From sequence record NZ_CP136144.1: DNA of 24,484 bases. One strand, given 5' to 3'. The notes under the pieces were generated by a model. The model was not told the origin of the DNA, did not search any database, and saw nothing but the letters and a program-made list of their open reading frames with translations. Positions 7,920 to 19,750 of the stretch are shown in pieces. The translations under genes and the position numbers were made by a program. This DNA comes from a plasmid. Numbering within the stretch: position 1 is the stretch's first letter; every line of letters begins with the position of its first letter.

Positions 7920-10900
7920 TTAAGCAACGTTTTCTGCCTCTGACGCCTCTTTTAATGGTCTCAGATGTCCTTTGGTCACCAGTTCTGCCAGCGTGAAGGA
8001 ATAATGGCCGAGCATATTGATATGTCCGTGGCAAAGCGGGGAGAGGCGTGCGATATCTTCATCATTCAGTGTTTCACCCTGCGCCCGGAGATGATCCAGG
8101 GCTGCCTGCATATAAATAGTGTTCCATAACACGACGGCGTTAGTGACCAGCCCCAGTGTGCCCAGTTGATCTTCCTGACCGTCGGTATATCGTTTTCTTA
8201 TCTCACCTTTTTGACCGTGACAGATGGCTCTGGCAACGGCATGGCGACTTTCTCCCCGATTAAGCTGGGTCAGAATGCGCCGGCGGTAATCTTCATCATC
8301 AATATAATTAAGCAGATACAGCGTTTTGTTGATGCGCCCCACTTCAATGATTGCCTGAGTCAGTCCGGAAGGACGTTCACTTTTCAGCAATGAACGGACC
8401 AGCACTGAAACCTGTACTTTGCCCAGCTTCAGGGAGCCAGCGGTCCGGATCATTTCGTCCCACTGAAGGACTATTTTTCGGGGATCTGATTGCCCTCTGG
8501 CAATATCATTCAGCACGCCATAGTCGGCATCATGGTCCATTCGCCAGAAAACCGAAGCACCGGCATCAGCCAGGCGTGGAGAAAACTGGTATCCCAGCAG
8601 CCAGAAAAGGCCAAAGACAAGTTCGCTGGCACCTGCTGTATCGGTCATAATTTCGGTTGGATTCAGCCCGGTCTCCTGTTCCAGAAGACCTTCCAGCACA
8701 AAGATAGAGTCCCTCAGCGTCCCCGGTATAACGATGCCATGAAAGCCGGAATACTGATCGGACACAAAGTTGTACCAGGTGATCCCTCTGTTATTACCAA
8801 AGTATTTGCGGTTCGGTCCGGCATTGATTGTTCTGACTGGCGTAACAAAGCGCATTCCATCTGCAGATGCCACTTCTCCTCCACCCCATATCTGTGCCAG
8901 TGGCAGCGTTGCCTGAAAATCAACCAGTCTGGCATTAGCGCTGGTGATAGTTTCAGCCCGCAGATAGTTCGCTTTTGTCCAGTTCAGCCGGTGTCGGGTC
9001 AGTGCAGGAACATTTGATCTGATCAGTGGTTCCAGACCGATATTGCAGGCTTCAGCCATCAGCACGGCGCTGATGCTGACGGGCAGATCATCAACTCTGG
9101 CACTGGCTTCACTAGCATGGAAAAACTCATCAGCAAATCCGGTATGGGCGTTAATTTCGAGCAGCAACTCCGTTAAATCCACCGGAGGGAGTAGATCACT
9201 GATCATTTTGCTCAGTCGTTTCAGACTGTCCGGCTCATCAAGACTGGCGAGGGGAGAAATTGTCAACCGGGGCTTCGGGCCAGAAACATCGAGTTCGACA
9301 GCCTCATTTTCGCAAAGACGTGCAGCAACCTGTCTGTAACGACTATCAAGCTGATGACCCAGAGATTTTATTGCTTCCTGCGGGTCTGTCGGGTGCCCCA
9401 AAGAACGATAAACCTTAATCCGGTTTGCCTGCCAGTCAGCACCCTGTAGTAATCTTGCACGAGGATCTCCCCACCGGTTACTGCCGGTAACGTAGACATC
9501 CCTCCGCCTCAGACTATCCTGCAGTTTACTGAGAAAGCAGAGCGTGTATCCCCTGCGGGTGATATGTTTTTCCTTGTTAATCACCAGCCGTTTCCATGAC
9601 CGACTGATAATTTCCGTTGGTGCGTCGTCAAAAAACTGCCGCCGTGAGCTGAACTCCCGGCTGAGGTAGTCACAGGCATTCAGAGTGGTAACCCCGGCAG
9701 GTGCGGATGAAAATTTAACGGTATTCAGCAGATGGGGCAGGAAACGACGAACGCGCCCGTACTGCTCCACCATTTCTTCATGAAAATTATCGTCTGAGGG
9801 CCGGGCAATTTCACGGACAAGCGTGATGATTTCAGCCAGCTTTTGCCTTGGGATGTAGCTGAACACCTCAGCACGAATCGATTCGTCCGGTGTTTCTTCT
9901 TTCAGCAGGTACGAACATGCGCTGGCGAGCGCCAATGCAGATTTATCCAGATCCTTCAGCGAGCGGAGCCGTTTTTTCTGCCCAATCTTTCTGGCGTCAC
10001 GGATGATAACGGCCAGCATGGCGTCCAGAACGTCCAATGCATCATCCAGCGCCAGCGTTTCCCATGCAAGGACAAAGGCAACCAGAACCGCCATCCTTTT
10101 CTGCGGTGACATCCTGGCAATATTGAACACCGAAGTCATACCAGCATAACGTGCGAGATTTTTCAGGCGCACAGCCGGGAGTGTACTCAGGTTTTCAGCA
10201 TGCAGGCCAAAATCGTTCAGAGTTTTCCAGCGTTCAATTGCTTCATTAAACGCCGGACCACTGATGGTCACAGGGCCCTTTTTCAGTGATTCCAGTAAAG
10301 ACAGGCGGCTGCAATCAGTTGGCCCCAGCAGCATCTCCAGCTGTGAACGCTGTTCGGCTGACGGTATCAGTGCCAGTTTGTTCCACAGGCGCAACGTCGC
10401 CTTTTCCCTTACCTCTGAAATCAACCGGGTCAGCGTAGTGGCTCCGGGGAGAATAATACGATGTTGCATAAGCCACCCTGTCGCCAGATCGAAAAGCAGG
10501 CCAGGACGTTCGTTGCTTATCCAGCTCCGGGTATATAAAAGACGGGTAAGGCGAAATGTCCAGGGCCAGGCAAATTCACGATACTGATAGTGCTGACGTA
10601 TCAGCGCTGCATGCTCACGGCGGGTATTTTCCCTCTGACCGTATTCTGCAAGAACGGTGATATCACGAATCCCGAGCTGTCTGGCGGTAAAATGCCGGAC
10701 GCCGGAAGGAATATGATTCATATCGGTGAGGAAGGTGCCCAGAAAACGGACACATCCAATTTGCAGGGCAATGCCCAGACGGTTGTGATCACCTCTGCTT
10801 TTTCCGATAAATTCCTTGTCTGCTTCATCAAGGTGAAAATATCGTGCCAGCTGAAGCTCATCCGGTTCACCGGTGAATCTGCCATAGCTTTCAGTCTGCT

Positions 10901-10925
10901 CAGTGGTCAGAAAGTCAACGGGCAT
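7920..10925 (-). CDS. tnpA: Tn3-family transposase TnpA, 1001 aa
   Basis: Track ORF 7920-11084. True start is MPVDFLTTEQ at 10925. Typical Tn3 TnpA sequence. Confidence 0.9.
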   Translation of the reverse strand: MPVDFLTTEQTESYGRFTGEPDELQLARYFHLDEADKEFIGKSRGDHNRLGIALQIGCVRFLGTFLTDMNHIPSGVRHFTARQLGIRDITVLAEYGQRENTRREHAALIRQHYQYREFAWPWTFRLTRLLYTRSWISNERPGLLFDLATGWLMQHRIILPGATTLTRLISEVREKATLRLWNKLALIPSAEQRSQLEMLLGPTDCSRLSLLESLKKGPVTISGPAFNEAIERWKTLNDFGLHAENLSTLPAVRLKNLARYAGMTSVFNIARMSPQKRMAVLVAFVLAWETLALDDALDVLDAMLAVIIRDARKIGQKKRLRSLKDLDKSALALASACSYLLKEETPDESIRAEVFSYIPRQKLAEIITLVREIARPSDDNFHEEMVEQYGRVRRFLPHLLNTVKFSSAPAGVTTLNACDYLSREFSSRRQFFDDAPTEIISRSWKRLVINKEKHITRRGYTLCFLSKLQDSLRRRDVYVTGSNRWGDPRARLLQGADWQANRIKVYRSLGHPTDPQEAIKSLGHQLDSRYRQVAARLCENEAVELDVSGPKPRLTISPLASLDEPDSLKRLSKMISDLLPPVDLTELLLEINAHTGFADEFFHASEASARVDDLPVSISAVLMAEACNIGLEPLIRSNVPALTRHRLNWTKANYLRAETITSANARLVDFQATLPLAQIWGGGEVASADGMRFVTPVRTINAGPNRKYFGNNRGITWYNFVSDQYSGFHGIVIPGTLRDSIFVLEGLLEQETGLNPTEIMTDTAGASELVFGLFWLLGYQFSPRLADAGASVFWRMDHDADYGVLNDIARGQSDPRKIVLQWDEMIRTAGSLKLGKVQVSVLVRSLLKSERPSGLTQAIIEVGRINKTLYLLNYIDDEDYRRRILTQLNRGESRHAVARAICHGQKGEIRKRYTDGQEDQLGTLGLVTNAVVLWNTIYMQAALDHLRAQGETLNDEDIARLSPLCHGHINMLGHYSFTLAELVTKGHLRPLKEASEAENVA

Positions 10926-11646
<721 letters not shown>

Positions 11647-11816
11647 TACGCCTATTTTTATAGGTTAATGTCATGATAATAATGGTTTCTTAGACGTCAG
11701 GTGGCACTTTTCGGGGAAATGTGCGCGGAACCCCTATTTGTTTATTTTTCTAAATACATTCAAATATGTATCCGCTCATGAGACAATAACCCTGGTAAAT
11801 GCTTCAATAATATTGA

Positions 11817-12689
<873 letters not shown>

Positions 12690-12898
12690 CTGTCAGACCA
12701 AGTTTACTCATATATACTTTAGATTGATTTAAAACTTCATTTTTAATTTAAAAGGATCTAGGTGAAGATCCTTTTTGATAATCTCATGACCAAAATCCCT
12801 TAACGTGAGTTTTCGTTCCACTGAGCGTCAGACCCCTAAAAGAACTTTCCGCTAAGCGATAGACTGTATGTAAACACAGTATTGCAAGGACGCGGAAC

Positions 12899-13438
12899 AT
12901 GCCTCATGTGGCGGCCAGGACGGCCAGCCGGGATCGGGATACTGGTCGTTACCAGAGCCACCGACCCGAGCAAACCCTTCTCTATCAGATCGTTGACGAG
13001 TATTACCCGGCATTCGCTGCGCTTATGGCAGAGCAGGGAAAGGAATTGCCGGGCTATGTGCAACGGGAATTTGAAGAATTTCTCCAATGCGGGCGGCTGG
13101 AGCATGGCTTTCTACGGGTTCGCTGCGAGTCTTGCCACGCCGAGCACCTGGTCGCTTTCAGCTGTAAGCGTCGCGGTTTCTGCCCGAGCTGTGGGGCGCG
13201 GCGGATGGCCGAAAGTGCCGCCTTGCTGGTTGATGAAGTACTGCCTGAACAACCCATGCGTCAGTGGGTGTTGAGCTTCCCGTTTCAGCTGCGTTTCCTG
13301 TTTGGGGTCGTTTGCGGGAAGGGGCGGAATCCTACGCTAAGGCTTTGGCCAGCGATATTCTCCGGTGAGATTGATGTGTTCCCAGGGGATAGGAGAAGTC
13401 GCTTGATATCTAGTATGACGTCTGTCGCACCTGCTTGA
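12899..13438 (+). pseudogene. Truncated IS91-family (ISCR2-like) transposase, N-terminal zinc-finger portion only (179-aa reading frame)
   Basis: CESCHAEHLVAFSCKRRGFCPSCGARR zinc-binding motif typical of the IS91/ISCR Tnp N-terminus. Frame ends just inside the strB 3' region. Confidence 0.5.
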
Positions 13439-14246
13439 TCGCGGCCGCGATAGCTAGATCGCGTTGCTCCTCTTCTCCATCCGCGTTCCAAGCTGCGGAA
13501 AGGCACCCATAAGCGTACGCCTGGTCGAGCAGGCGACGCGGATCGACGTCCAGCGCACGAGAGAATGCGTCCGCCATCTGTGCAATGCGTCTAGGATCGA
13601 GACAAAGGTCGTCTCTGTCAGCCGGATCGTAGAACATATTGGCGGCGCCAAAGCCCACTTCACCGACCAGACCGACGGGATCTATCACCAGCCAGCCGCG
13701 ACTGGAGAACATGATGTTTTCATGATGCAGATCGCCATGTAGCCCACGCAGTTCCGAGGCATTGCTCATCATTTGATCGGCTATAATCGCCGCGTGGACG
13801 TAGTCAGTTTGACAACCTGCGTTTTGATCATCGCGCGCCCGCTGAAACAAAGCTGCAAAGCGATCCCGGATCGGGAGAAGGGCAGAAGGCAGGGGTTCCT
13901 CAGATGCGGCATACAGCTTCGCCATTAGTTCCGCTGCAATTTCGGTCGCCTGGTAGTCGCCGTGCTCGGCAACGATGTGAGAGAGCATTCGCTCCCCGGC
14001 ATATTCGAGCAACATCAGATTGTTCTCACGACCGAGCAACCGGACTGCTCCCCTCCCATTGCGCCATACCAGATAGTCGGCCCCGCGCAGTTCATCAGCA
14101 ATGTCTTTTATAGGTTTCAATCCCTTGACGATTGCAGGAGTCCCGTCTGGCAATGAAACTTTCCAAACGAGGCTGGAAAAGGTGTCCGCAATGAGAACAG
14201 GTTGCGAAACGTGCCAATGAGCAGGAAAAACAGGCGGCATGAACAT
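13410..14246 (-). CDS. strB: Aminoglycoside 6-phosphotransferase APH(6)-Id, 278 aa
   Basis: MFMPPVFPAHWHVSQPVLIADTFSSLVWKV... Start overlaps the strA stop (ATGA). Confidence 0.9.
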   Translation of the reverse strand: MFMPPVFPAHWHVSQPVLIADTFSSLVWKVSLPDGTPAIVKGLKPIKDIADELRGADYLVWRNGRGAVRLLGRENNLMLLEYAGERMLSHIVAEHGDYQATEIAAELMAKLYAASEEPLPSALLPIRDRFAALFQRARDDQNAGCQTDYVHAAIIADQMMSNASELRGLHGDLHHENIMFSSRGWLVIDPVGLVGEVGFGAANMFYDPADRDDLCLDPRRIAQMADAFSRALDVDPRRLLDQAYAYGCLSAAWNADGEEEQRDLAIAAAIKQVRQTSY

Positions 14247-15049
14247 CAACCCCAAGTCAGAGGGTCCAATCGCAGATAGAAGGCAAGGCGTTCGCGGTCG
14301 GGGGCTTCGATCCCCAATACATTGAATAGGACAGCGAAGGCGCGCTCTGCTTCATCTGGCGCTGCCCAGTTCTCTTCGGCGTTAGCAATCATGAGTGCCA
14401 AATCGGCATAGCGATCTGCTGTTCCGAGCCGCCCAAGGTCGATCAGACCCGTGCATTGAAGAGTTTTAGGGTCCACCATGAAGTTCGGCATGCAGGGATC
14501 ACCATGGCAAACAACCATATCGGTGCGCTCTTGGTCGAGCCGCACCGGTAGCTCTCGTTCGACACGAGCCAAAAGATCGAGCTGCGGCGTACTCTTGTCC
14601 TCGTCCGGTAAGAAGTCGGGATTGACGGCATTGCGGGACACCACATCAACGGCGCGTCCGAACATTCGCGACAGCCTGCGCTCAAACGGACATTGATCAA
14701 CCGATAGGCTGTGAACAGCGCCAAGTTGCTGCCCCATTGACGGCCACGCTTTGAGCAAATCCGCTCCAGACAGATCAGCCGCCGGTACTCCCGGAATTGC
14801 CGTTATCACCAAGCATGCACCCTCCTGTTCCTCCTGCCAGTTGATGACCTCGGGGCAAGCCACACCTCGACCTTTGAGCCAAATGAGGCGGTCACGCTCT
14901 CCAGCGAGCTCACCGCGGCGGGAAGCAGGTGCGATTTTCGCGAAGGCATGCCCGTCACCACGTCGAAAAACAAAATCACCAGATTCTCCGCCTCTGACAG
15001 GCAACCAGTCAGAATGCGATTCACCAAAAAAAATATTAGTTCGATTCAA
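14246..15049 (-). CDS. strA: Aminoglycoside 3''-phosphotransferase APH(3'')-Ib, 267 aa
   Basis: MNRTNIFFGESHSDWLPVRGGESGDFVFRRGDGHAFAKIAP... Confidence 0.9.
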   Translation of the reverse strand: MNRTNIFFGESHSDWLPVRGGESGDFVFRRGDGHAFAKIAPASRRGELAGERDRLIWLKGRGVACPEVINWQEEQEGACLVITAIPGVPAADLSGADLLKAWPSMGQQLGAVHSLSVDQCPFERRLSRMFGRAVDVVSRNAVNPDFLPDEDKSTPQLDLLARVERELPVRLDQERTDMVVCHGDPCMPNFMVDPKTLQCTGLIDLGRLGTADRYADLALMIANAEENWAAPDEAERAFAVLFNVLGIEAPDRERLAFYLRLDPLTWG

Positions 15050-15109
15050 TGGAGGTTCCTTCAGTTTTCTGATGAAGCGCGAATATAGAGAAATATCCCG
15101 AATGTGCAG

Positions 15110-15925
15110 TTAACGAATTCTTGCGGTTTCTTTCAGCGCCGCCAATACCGCCAGCCCGTCGCGCAAGGGGCGCGGCTCGTGTGTGCGGATGAAGTCAGCT
15201 CCACCTGCGGCGGCGGCAAGCTCTGCAGCGAGTGTCGCGGCCCCGACATCCCCCGGACCACGGCCTGTGAGCGCGCGCAGAAAGGATTTGCGCGAAACAG
15301 ACAGAAGCACCGGCAAATCGAAGCGCAGCCGCAATTCATCGAACCGCGCCAGCACCGAGAGCGAGGTTTCGGGAGCAGCCCCCAGAAAAAACCCCATGCC
15401 GGGATCAAGGACAAGGCGGTTGCGTTTGATACCGGCACCCGTCAGCGCCGCGATGCGCGCGTCAAAGAACGCCGCAATGTGATCCATGATGTCGCCAGCG
15501 GGTGCCTCGCGCCGATCTGCCTGCCCGTCTTGCACCGAATGCATAACGACGAGTTTGGCAGATGATTTCGCCAATTGCGGATAGAACGCAGCGTCTGGAA
15601 AACCGCGAATATCATTGAGATAGGCCACACCACGCGACAAGGCATAGGCTTGCGTCGCGGGTTGATAACTGTCGAGCGAGACGGGAATGCCATCTGCCTT
15701 GAGCGCGTCCAGCACCGGCGCGATACGCGCGATTTCTGTGTCGGACGAAACAGGCGCGGCGTCGGGATTGCTGGATGCCGGACCGAGGTCGATCACATCT
15801 GCCCCCTCGGCCATCAGCTTACGCGCCTGCGCAATGGCTGCGTCTGGCGCCAGATACCGGCCTCCATCGGAGAAACTGTCCGAGGTTATGTTGACGATGC
15901 CGAAAATGATGAGCGATTTATTCAT
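15110..15925 (-). CDS. sul2: Sulfonamide-resistant dihydropteroate synthase Sul2, 271 aa
   Basis: MNKSLIIFGIVNITSDSFSDGGRYLAPDAAIAQARKLMAEGADVIDLG... Confidence 0.9.
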   Translation of the reverse strand: MNKSLIIFGIVNITSDSFSDGGRYLAPDAAIAQARKLMAEGADVIDLGPASSNPDAAPVSSDTEIARIAPVLDALKADGIPVSLDSYQPATQAYALSRGVAYLNDIRGFPDAAFYPQLAKSSAKLVVMHSVQDGQADRREAPAGDIMDHIAAFFDARIAALTGAGIKRNRLVLDPGMGFFLGAAPETSLSVLARFDELRLRFDLPVLLSVSRKSFLRALTGRGPGDVGAATLAAELAAAAGGADFIRTHEPRPLRDGLAVLAALKETARIR

Positions 15926-16213
15926 GGGGGCTTCTATAATAATAATAATCGAGCATGAGTCTCATACGGATGCTCGGGTCGAAAGGGAATCCCCAGGCGA
16001 GTAACCTGTTTGCGGTGCTCCATTAGCTGCAGGAGCAGAATAGCATACATCTGGAAGCAAAGCCAGGAAAGCGGCCTATGGAGCTGTGCGGCAGCGCTCA
16101 GTAGGCAATTTTTCAAAATATTGTTAAGCCTTTTCTGAGCATGGTATTTTTCATGGTATTACCAATTAGCAGGAAAATAAGCCATTGAATATAAAAGATA
16201 AAAATGTCTTGTT

Positions 16214-17033
16214 GGCACTGTTGCAAATAGTCGGTGGTGATAAACTTATCATCCCCTTTTGCTGATGGAGCTGCACATGAACCCATTCAAAGGCCGGCAT
16301 TTTCAGCGTGACATCATTCTGTGGGCCGTACGCTGGTACTGCAAATACGGCATCAGTTACCGTGAGCTGCAGGAGATGCTGGCTGAACGCGGAGTGAATG
16401 TCGATCACTCCACGATTTACCGCTGGGTTCAGCGTTATGCGCCTGAAATGGAAAAACGGCTGCGCTGGTACTGGCGTAACCCTTCCGATCTTTGCCCGTG
16501 GCACATGGATGAAACCTACGTGAAGGTCAATGGCCGCTGGGCGTATCTGTACCGGGCCGTCGACAGCCGGGGCCGCACTGTCGATTTTTATCTCTCCTCC
16601 CGTCGTAACAGCAAAGCTGCATACCGGTTTCTGGGTAAAATCCTCAACAACGTGAAGAAGTGGCAGATCCCGCGATTCATCAACACGGATAAAGCGCCCG
16701 CCTATGGTCGCGCGCTTGCTCTGCTCAAACGCGAAGGCCGGTGCCCGTCTGACGTTGAACACCGACAGATTAAGTACCGGAACAACGTGATTGAATGCGA
16801 TCATGGCAAACTGAAACGGATAATCGGCGCCACGCTGGGATTTAAATCCATGAAGACGGCTTACGCCACCATCAAAGGTATTGAGGTGATGCGTGCACTA
16901 CGCAAAGGCCAGGCCTCAGCATTTTATTATGGTGATCCCCTGGGCGAAATGCGCCTGGTAAGCAGAGTTTTTGAAATGTAAGGCCTTTGAATAAGACAAA
17001 AGGCTGCCTCATCGCTAACTTTGCAACAGTGCC
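16214..17033 (+). mobile_element. IS26 (820 bp) with 14-bp terminal IRs GGCACTGTTGCAAA
   Basis: IRL at 16214-16227, IRR at 17020-17033. Flanking 8-mers differ (gtcttgtt vs aaaaaatc), so no target-site duplication. Confidence 0.9.
16277..16981 (+). CDS. tnpA: IS26 transposase Tnp26, 234 aa
   Basis: MNPFKGRHFQRDIILWAVRWYCKYGISYRELQEML... Confidence 0.9.
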   Translation: MNPFKGRHFQRDIILWAVRWYCKYGISYRELQEMLAERGVNVDHSTIYRWVQRYAPEMEKRLRWYWRNPSDLCPWHMDETYVKVNGRWAYLYRAVDSRGRTVDFYLSSRRNSKAAYRFLGKILNNVKKWQIPRFINTDKAPAYGRALALLKREGRCPSDVEHRQIKYRNNVIECDHGKLKRIIGATLGFKSMKTAYATIKGIEVMRALRKGQASAFYYGDPLGEMRLVSRVFEM

Positions 17034-17358
17034 AAAAAATCTTCTCCTGCTCTTTTACTTCATTTATGACACTTAGAGGAACTTCAGCAGGATATTCACC
17101 AAAACTGACCAGTCCATAAACATTTTTCATCCGGGTAAAGCAGGATGGATGTACAACCTCAAAATCCAGAAGAACGAATACATAACCGGGAAACATTGGC
17201 ATGATTTGTCCCCTGTATGCACTACAGTCACGCCTCTTATAGAAAGTGCGTATAACTGGATTGTAGTAAGCGATACCGCTCCGGGATAACTGCAACAGAA
17301 CCGACTGATGAAAATGCGGAGAACACTGAAGCAGGTAAAACTGTTTCTGTCCTTTCAT
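17034..17358 (-). pseudogene. actX: NusG/RfaH-family (IncX ActX-like) gene, 3' end truncated by IS26 (~108 native codons, then reading into the IS26 IR)
   Basis: NGN-domain-like YLLQCSPHFHQSVLLQLSRSGIAYYNPVIRTFYKRRD...PMFPGYVFVLLDFEVV. No KOW domain. The track ORF 16927-17394 continues into IS26. Confidence 0.45.
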
Positions 17359-17503
17359 ACTCAATCCCCGATATACGGATGTGACAAAACACAAGCCAAC
17401 CGTGGTTGCTTGTGAGAAATCACGCCCCTATGAAGAGAGACTTTTTACTATTGCGCGAAGTTTATACTACAAGTGGCTTATGCTAAGTTCAACACATAAA
17501 ACA

Positions 17504-17638
17504 GATCTTTCGATCTTGATAAATCAATTTTACTTTCATTTATTCCACATAAGCAACAAAACACAGAATATTCATCTTTTGCAGATCTATTTTTTAGATC
17601 GATAGATCGAATGATAGCTAAAACGCAGAATTTCGATC
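17504..17638. promoter_or_regulatory. GATC cluster (6 Dam sites in 135 bp) in the relaxase/actX-like intergenic region
   Basis: GATC at 17504, 17512, 17584, 17597, 17605 and 17635. Expected frequency is about 1 per 256 bp. Confidence 0.4.
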
Positions 17639-17710
17639 TGTTTTTAAGGTGAAAAGATGAGCAAGCGAACTAAAATAAAGATTTTTCTTTCATAATCAAT
17701 ACATTAAATC

Positions 17711-18877
17711 TTATAAACCCCAAAACTTAATCCCTGTTTTCAGCTTCTGTTCTGACTGTAACGTGGATGCTTTCTGCTGCGTAAACTGCGCCATTCGCTG
17801 TTGTTGCTTCAGCAGCATATCAGGGCTGTTCAGTACCAGCTCTTTGCTGGCTGAAGGTGTTCTGTCTACGCCCTTAACCCCCAGATTTTCTAACTGCCAC
17901 TCATTTCTGTGAACCGTTTTCCAGCCATGCTGAACACCGTTTTTATCGAGCGCCGGGATTTTTACTTCTTTCTGACCAAGTTTCTTCAGTCTGACAAGAT
18001 CACCTGCTTTAACGCTTTCCCGCGAACATAAGCCCCCAAAATCAGCCCCCCAGTATGTTTTCTCAACCCCCTTGTTAAGAGTCTTTAGCTTTATAAAATG
18101 TTGCTTAGACTTTGTTTTATCGTTCTGATAATGGTCATAGCCAATATCAACAACCTCATAAACACCTTTCTGTCTTTTTGGTGCTGTATTATGTGCATCT
18201 TTAACAGACTGATTAAGTCCATGCTGTTGCTTATGGGTCGCTTTAACGTCATAACCTTTTAACTTCAACTCTTCACAAAAACCTGTACGAATTTCCCGTA
18301 AATCTTTTTTCCTGATATCAGCGCGTTTACCGTCATTATCTCGGATACGAAAAACAACATGAACGTGAGGATGTTCTTTCTTGTCACAGTGGTATCCAAG
18401 AACAAAACGGTGATTAGGATATTTTTTCTGCATCGTTTTCCTGACAGACTCCAGCAAATCTTCAGGCTTTGCTTTCGCTGAAACTGGAGGCGAGAAGACA
18501 ATATTCTGTGTGATTTTTTTATTTTCTTTACCTTTATCATTCATCACATGCTGAGGATCATTAGCACGATCTATCATGTGCTCTTTAGCCTCCAGAATTT
18601 CGTCACCAGTCCATACCCGACCGCTTTCACTCATCACTGGTAGCTCTGACTCACGGCTCATATAATCAATACTGTTCCGAATCCCCTGACGAGTAACAGC
18701 ACCTCCAGATATTTTGACAACAACCTCCTTACTGGCACCCTTGCGGTTGATACGTTCCTGAACATTGCGGCTATAGTTCTTTCCACCATTTTTGACTTTA
18801 TGAGCGAAAGCTGACTTACGACCATTTTCTGATGACTTTCGTTTAACACGATATTCTTTATCAACGTAAACGCCCAT
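17711..18877 (-). CDS. taxC: Conjugative relaxase (MOB-P/Q-type His-triad), ~388 aa
   Basis: HCDKKEHPHVHVVFRIRDNDG = HxDx(3)HxHxH relaxase motif III. N-terminal Tyr (MGVYVDKEY). GGAG RBS. The track ORF starts at a GTG at 18883; the ATG at 18877 is preferred. Confidence 0.65.
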   Translation of the reverse strand: MGVYVDKEYRVKRKSSENGRKSAFAHKVKNGGKNYSRNVQERINRKGASKEVVVKISGGAVTRQGIRNSIDYMSRESELPVMSESGRVWTGDEILEAKEHMIDRANDPQHVMNDKGKENKKITQNIVFSPPVSAKAKPEDLLESVRKTMQKKYPNHRFVLGYHCDKKEHPHVHVVFRIRDNDGKRADIRKKDLREIRTGFCEELKLKGYDVKATHKQQHGLNQSVKDAHNTAPKRQKGVYEVVDIGYDHYQNDKTKSKQHFIKLKTLNKGVEKTYWGADFGGLCSRESVKAGDLVRLKKLGQKEVKIPALDKNGVQHGWKTVHRNEWQLENLGVKGVDRTPSASKELVLNSPDMLLKQQQRMAQFTQQKASTLQSEQKLKTGIKFWGL

Positions 18878-18879
18878 AA

Positions 18880-19425
18880 TCACATCTCCACTTTATTTGA
18901 AACAGTTCTCCCTTTACATAACATAATGTAATTCTCAAACTGATTCTTAAGATTAAAAATTTCTGTTGTAAGACGCTCCGCATCCTGATAGAAACCATCT
19001 TTATCAAGAACCCTGGTCTGATCATTAACAATGATATAATGGAAATTACGACCGATCTTATCAATTGAATTACGGCAACGATTCATCATCAGCAGTTCCT
19101 GGTCAAAGAAATCCAGTTCATTTTCAAGTGTCGTTTGTATGCGGTAACGACATTCTCGGGATAACGTCCATCCGTGACGATTAGCAGCTCTTTCAATATC
19201 AGCCCTTTGTTTACCTGTTAAGTACATCGTTGTTTTGATAAAATCATTATTATCAAAAAACGTATTTATACCCTTACTGCCAGCTTTACTTTTTAATAAA
19301 GCATTTGCTAAAAGTTTCATGCCTTTAGCTACTGTTAAAGCTGGTTCATCTGGATAAAGAGTTTTAAGGCAATCCAGCAAATCATCATGCTGATTTTCAT
19401 CAATTCTGAATTGAACTTTTTTCAT
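18880..19425 (-). CDS. taxA: Relaxosome accessory protein (MobC/TaxA-like), ~181 aa
   Basis: Immediately upstream of the relaxase gene, 2-nt spacing. Contains LTGKQRADIERAANRHGWTLSRECRYRI. Start is the ATG at 19425 with a GGAG RBS. The track's N-terminal 23 aa come from reading into the inverted repeat. Confidence 0.5.
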   Translation of the reverse strand: MKKVQFRIDENQHDDLLDCLKTLYPDEPALTVAKGMKLLANALLKSKAGSKGINTFFDNNDFIKTTMYLTGKQRADIERAANRHGWTLSRECRYRIQTTLENELDFFDQELLMMNRCRNSIDKIGRNFHYIIVNDQTRVLDKDGFYQDAERLTTEIFNLKNQFENYIMLCKGRTVSNKVEM

Positions 19426-19527
19426 AAAATTCTCCGACAAGAACCGACTGTAGGTCACCGGGCAAACGTTGCGGAATGGCGTTAGAGACGTCATTTTGCG
19501 GCGTTTGCCCTATCCTGCATCGCAGTG
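19423..19527. repeat. oriT-like inverted-repeat copy B (partner of 2211-2315)
   Basis: Reverse complement matches copy A, with one mismatch over ~89 bp. Lies directly upstream of the taxA-like accessory gene, where an oriT is expected. Confidence 0.6.
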
Positions 19528-19750
19528 GATCTGGCACCGCTCATAAATTGTGCTTGAGCATCAACAAAAATGCAAAAAGGCCGATGTTGTCATGGCTGAA
19601 CATACGTGCGTCTGCGACCGGAAACTCGATCAATGCGGTAAGGACAGTGCCGTCAGGTTCGCTCCGCGAACGGTCTGGCAGGAAGCGCAAGCGCAGTCCC
19701 GCGCAATATATCAGAAAGCACCTCCCGAAATACGGGAGGGCTTCGGCTAT

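Noticed and set aside
14443-15958. Overlapping ORFs in the strA/sul2 region on both strands (e.g. 14751-15113, 15104-15565, 15133-15438, 15183-15482, 15575-15958)
   Set aside because: GC-rich DNA gives long spurious open frames. These overlap the well-recognised strA and sul2 genes, which explain the region.
17381-17605. 74-aa plus-strand ORF spanning the GATC-rich intergenic region
   Set aside because: AT-rich, no RBS. It overlaps the actX-like start on the opposite strand.
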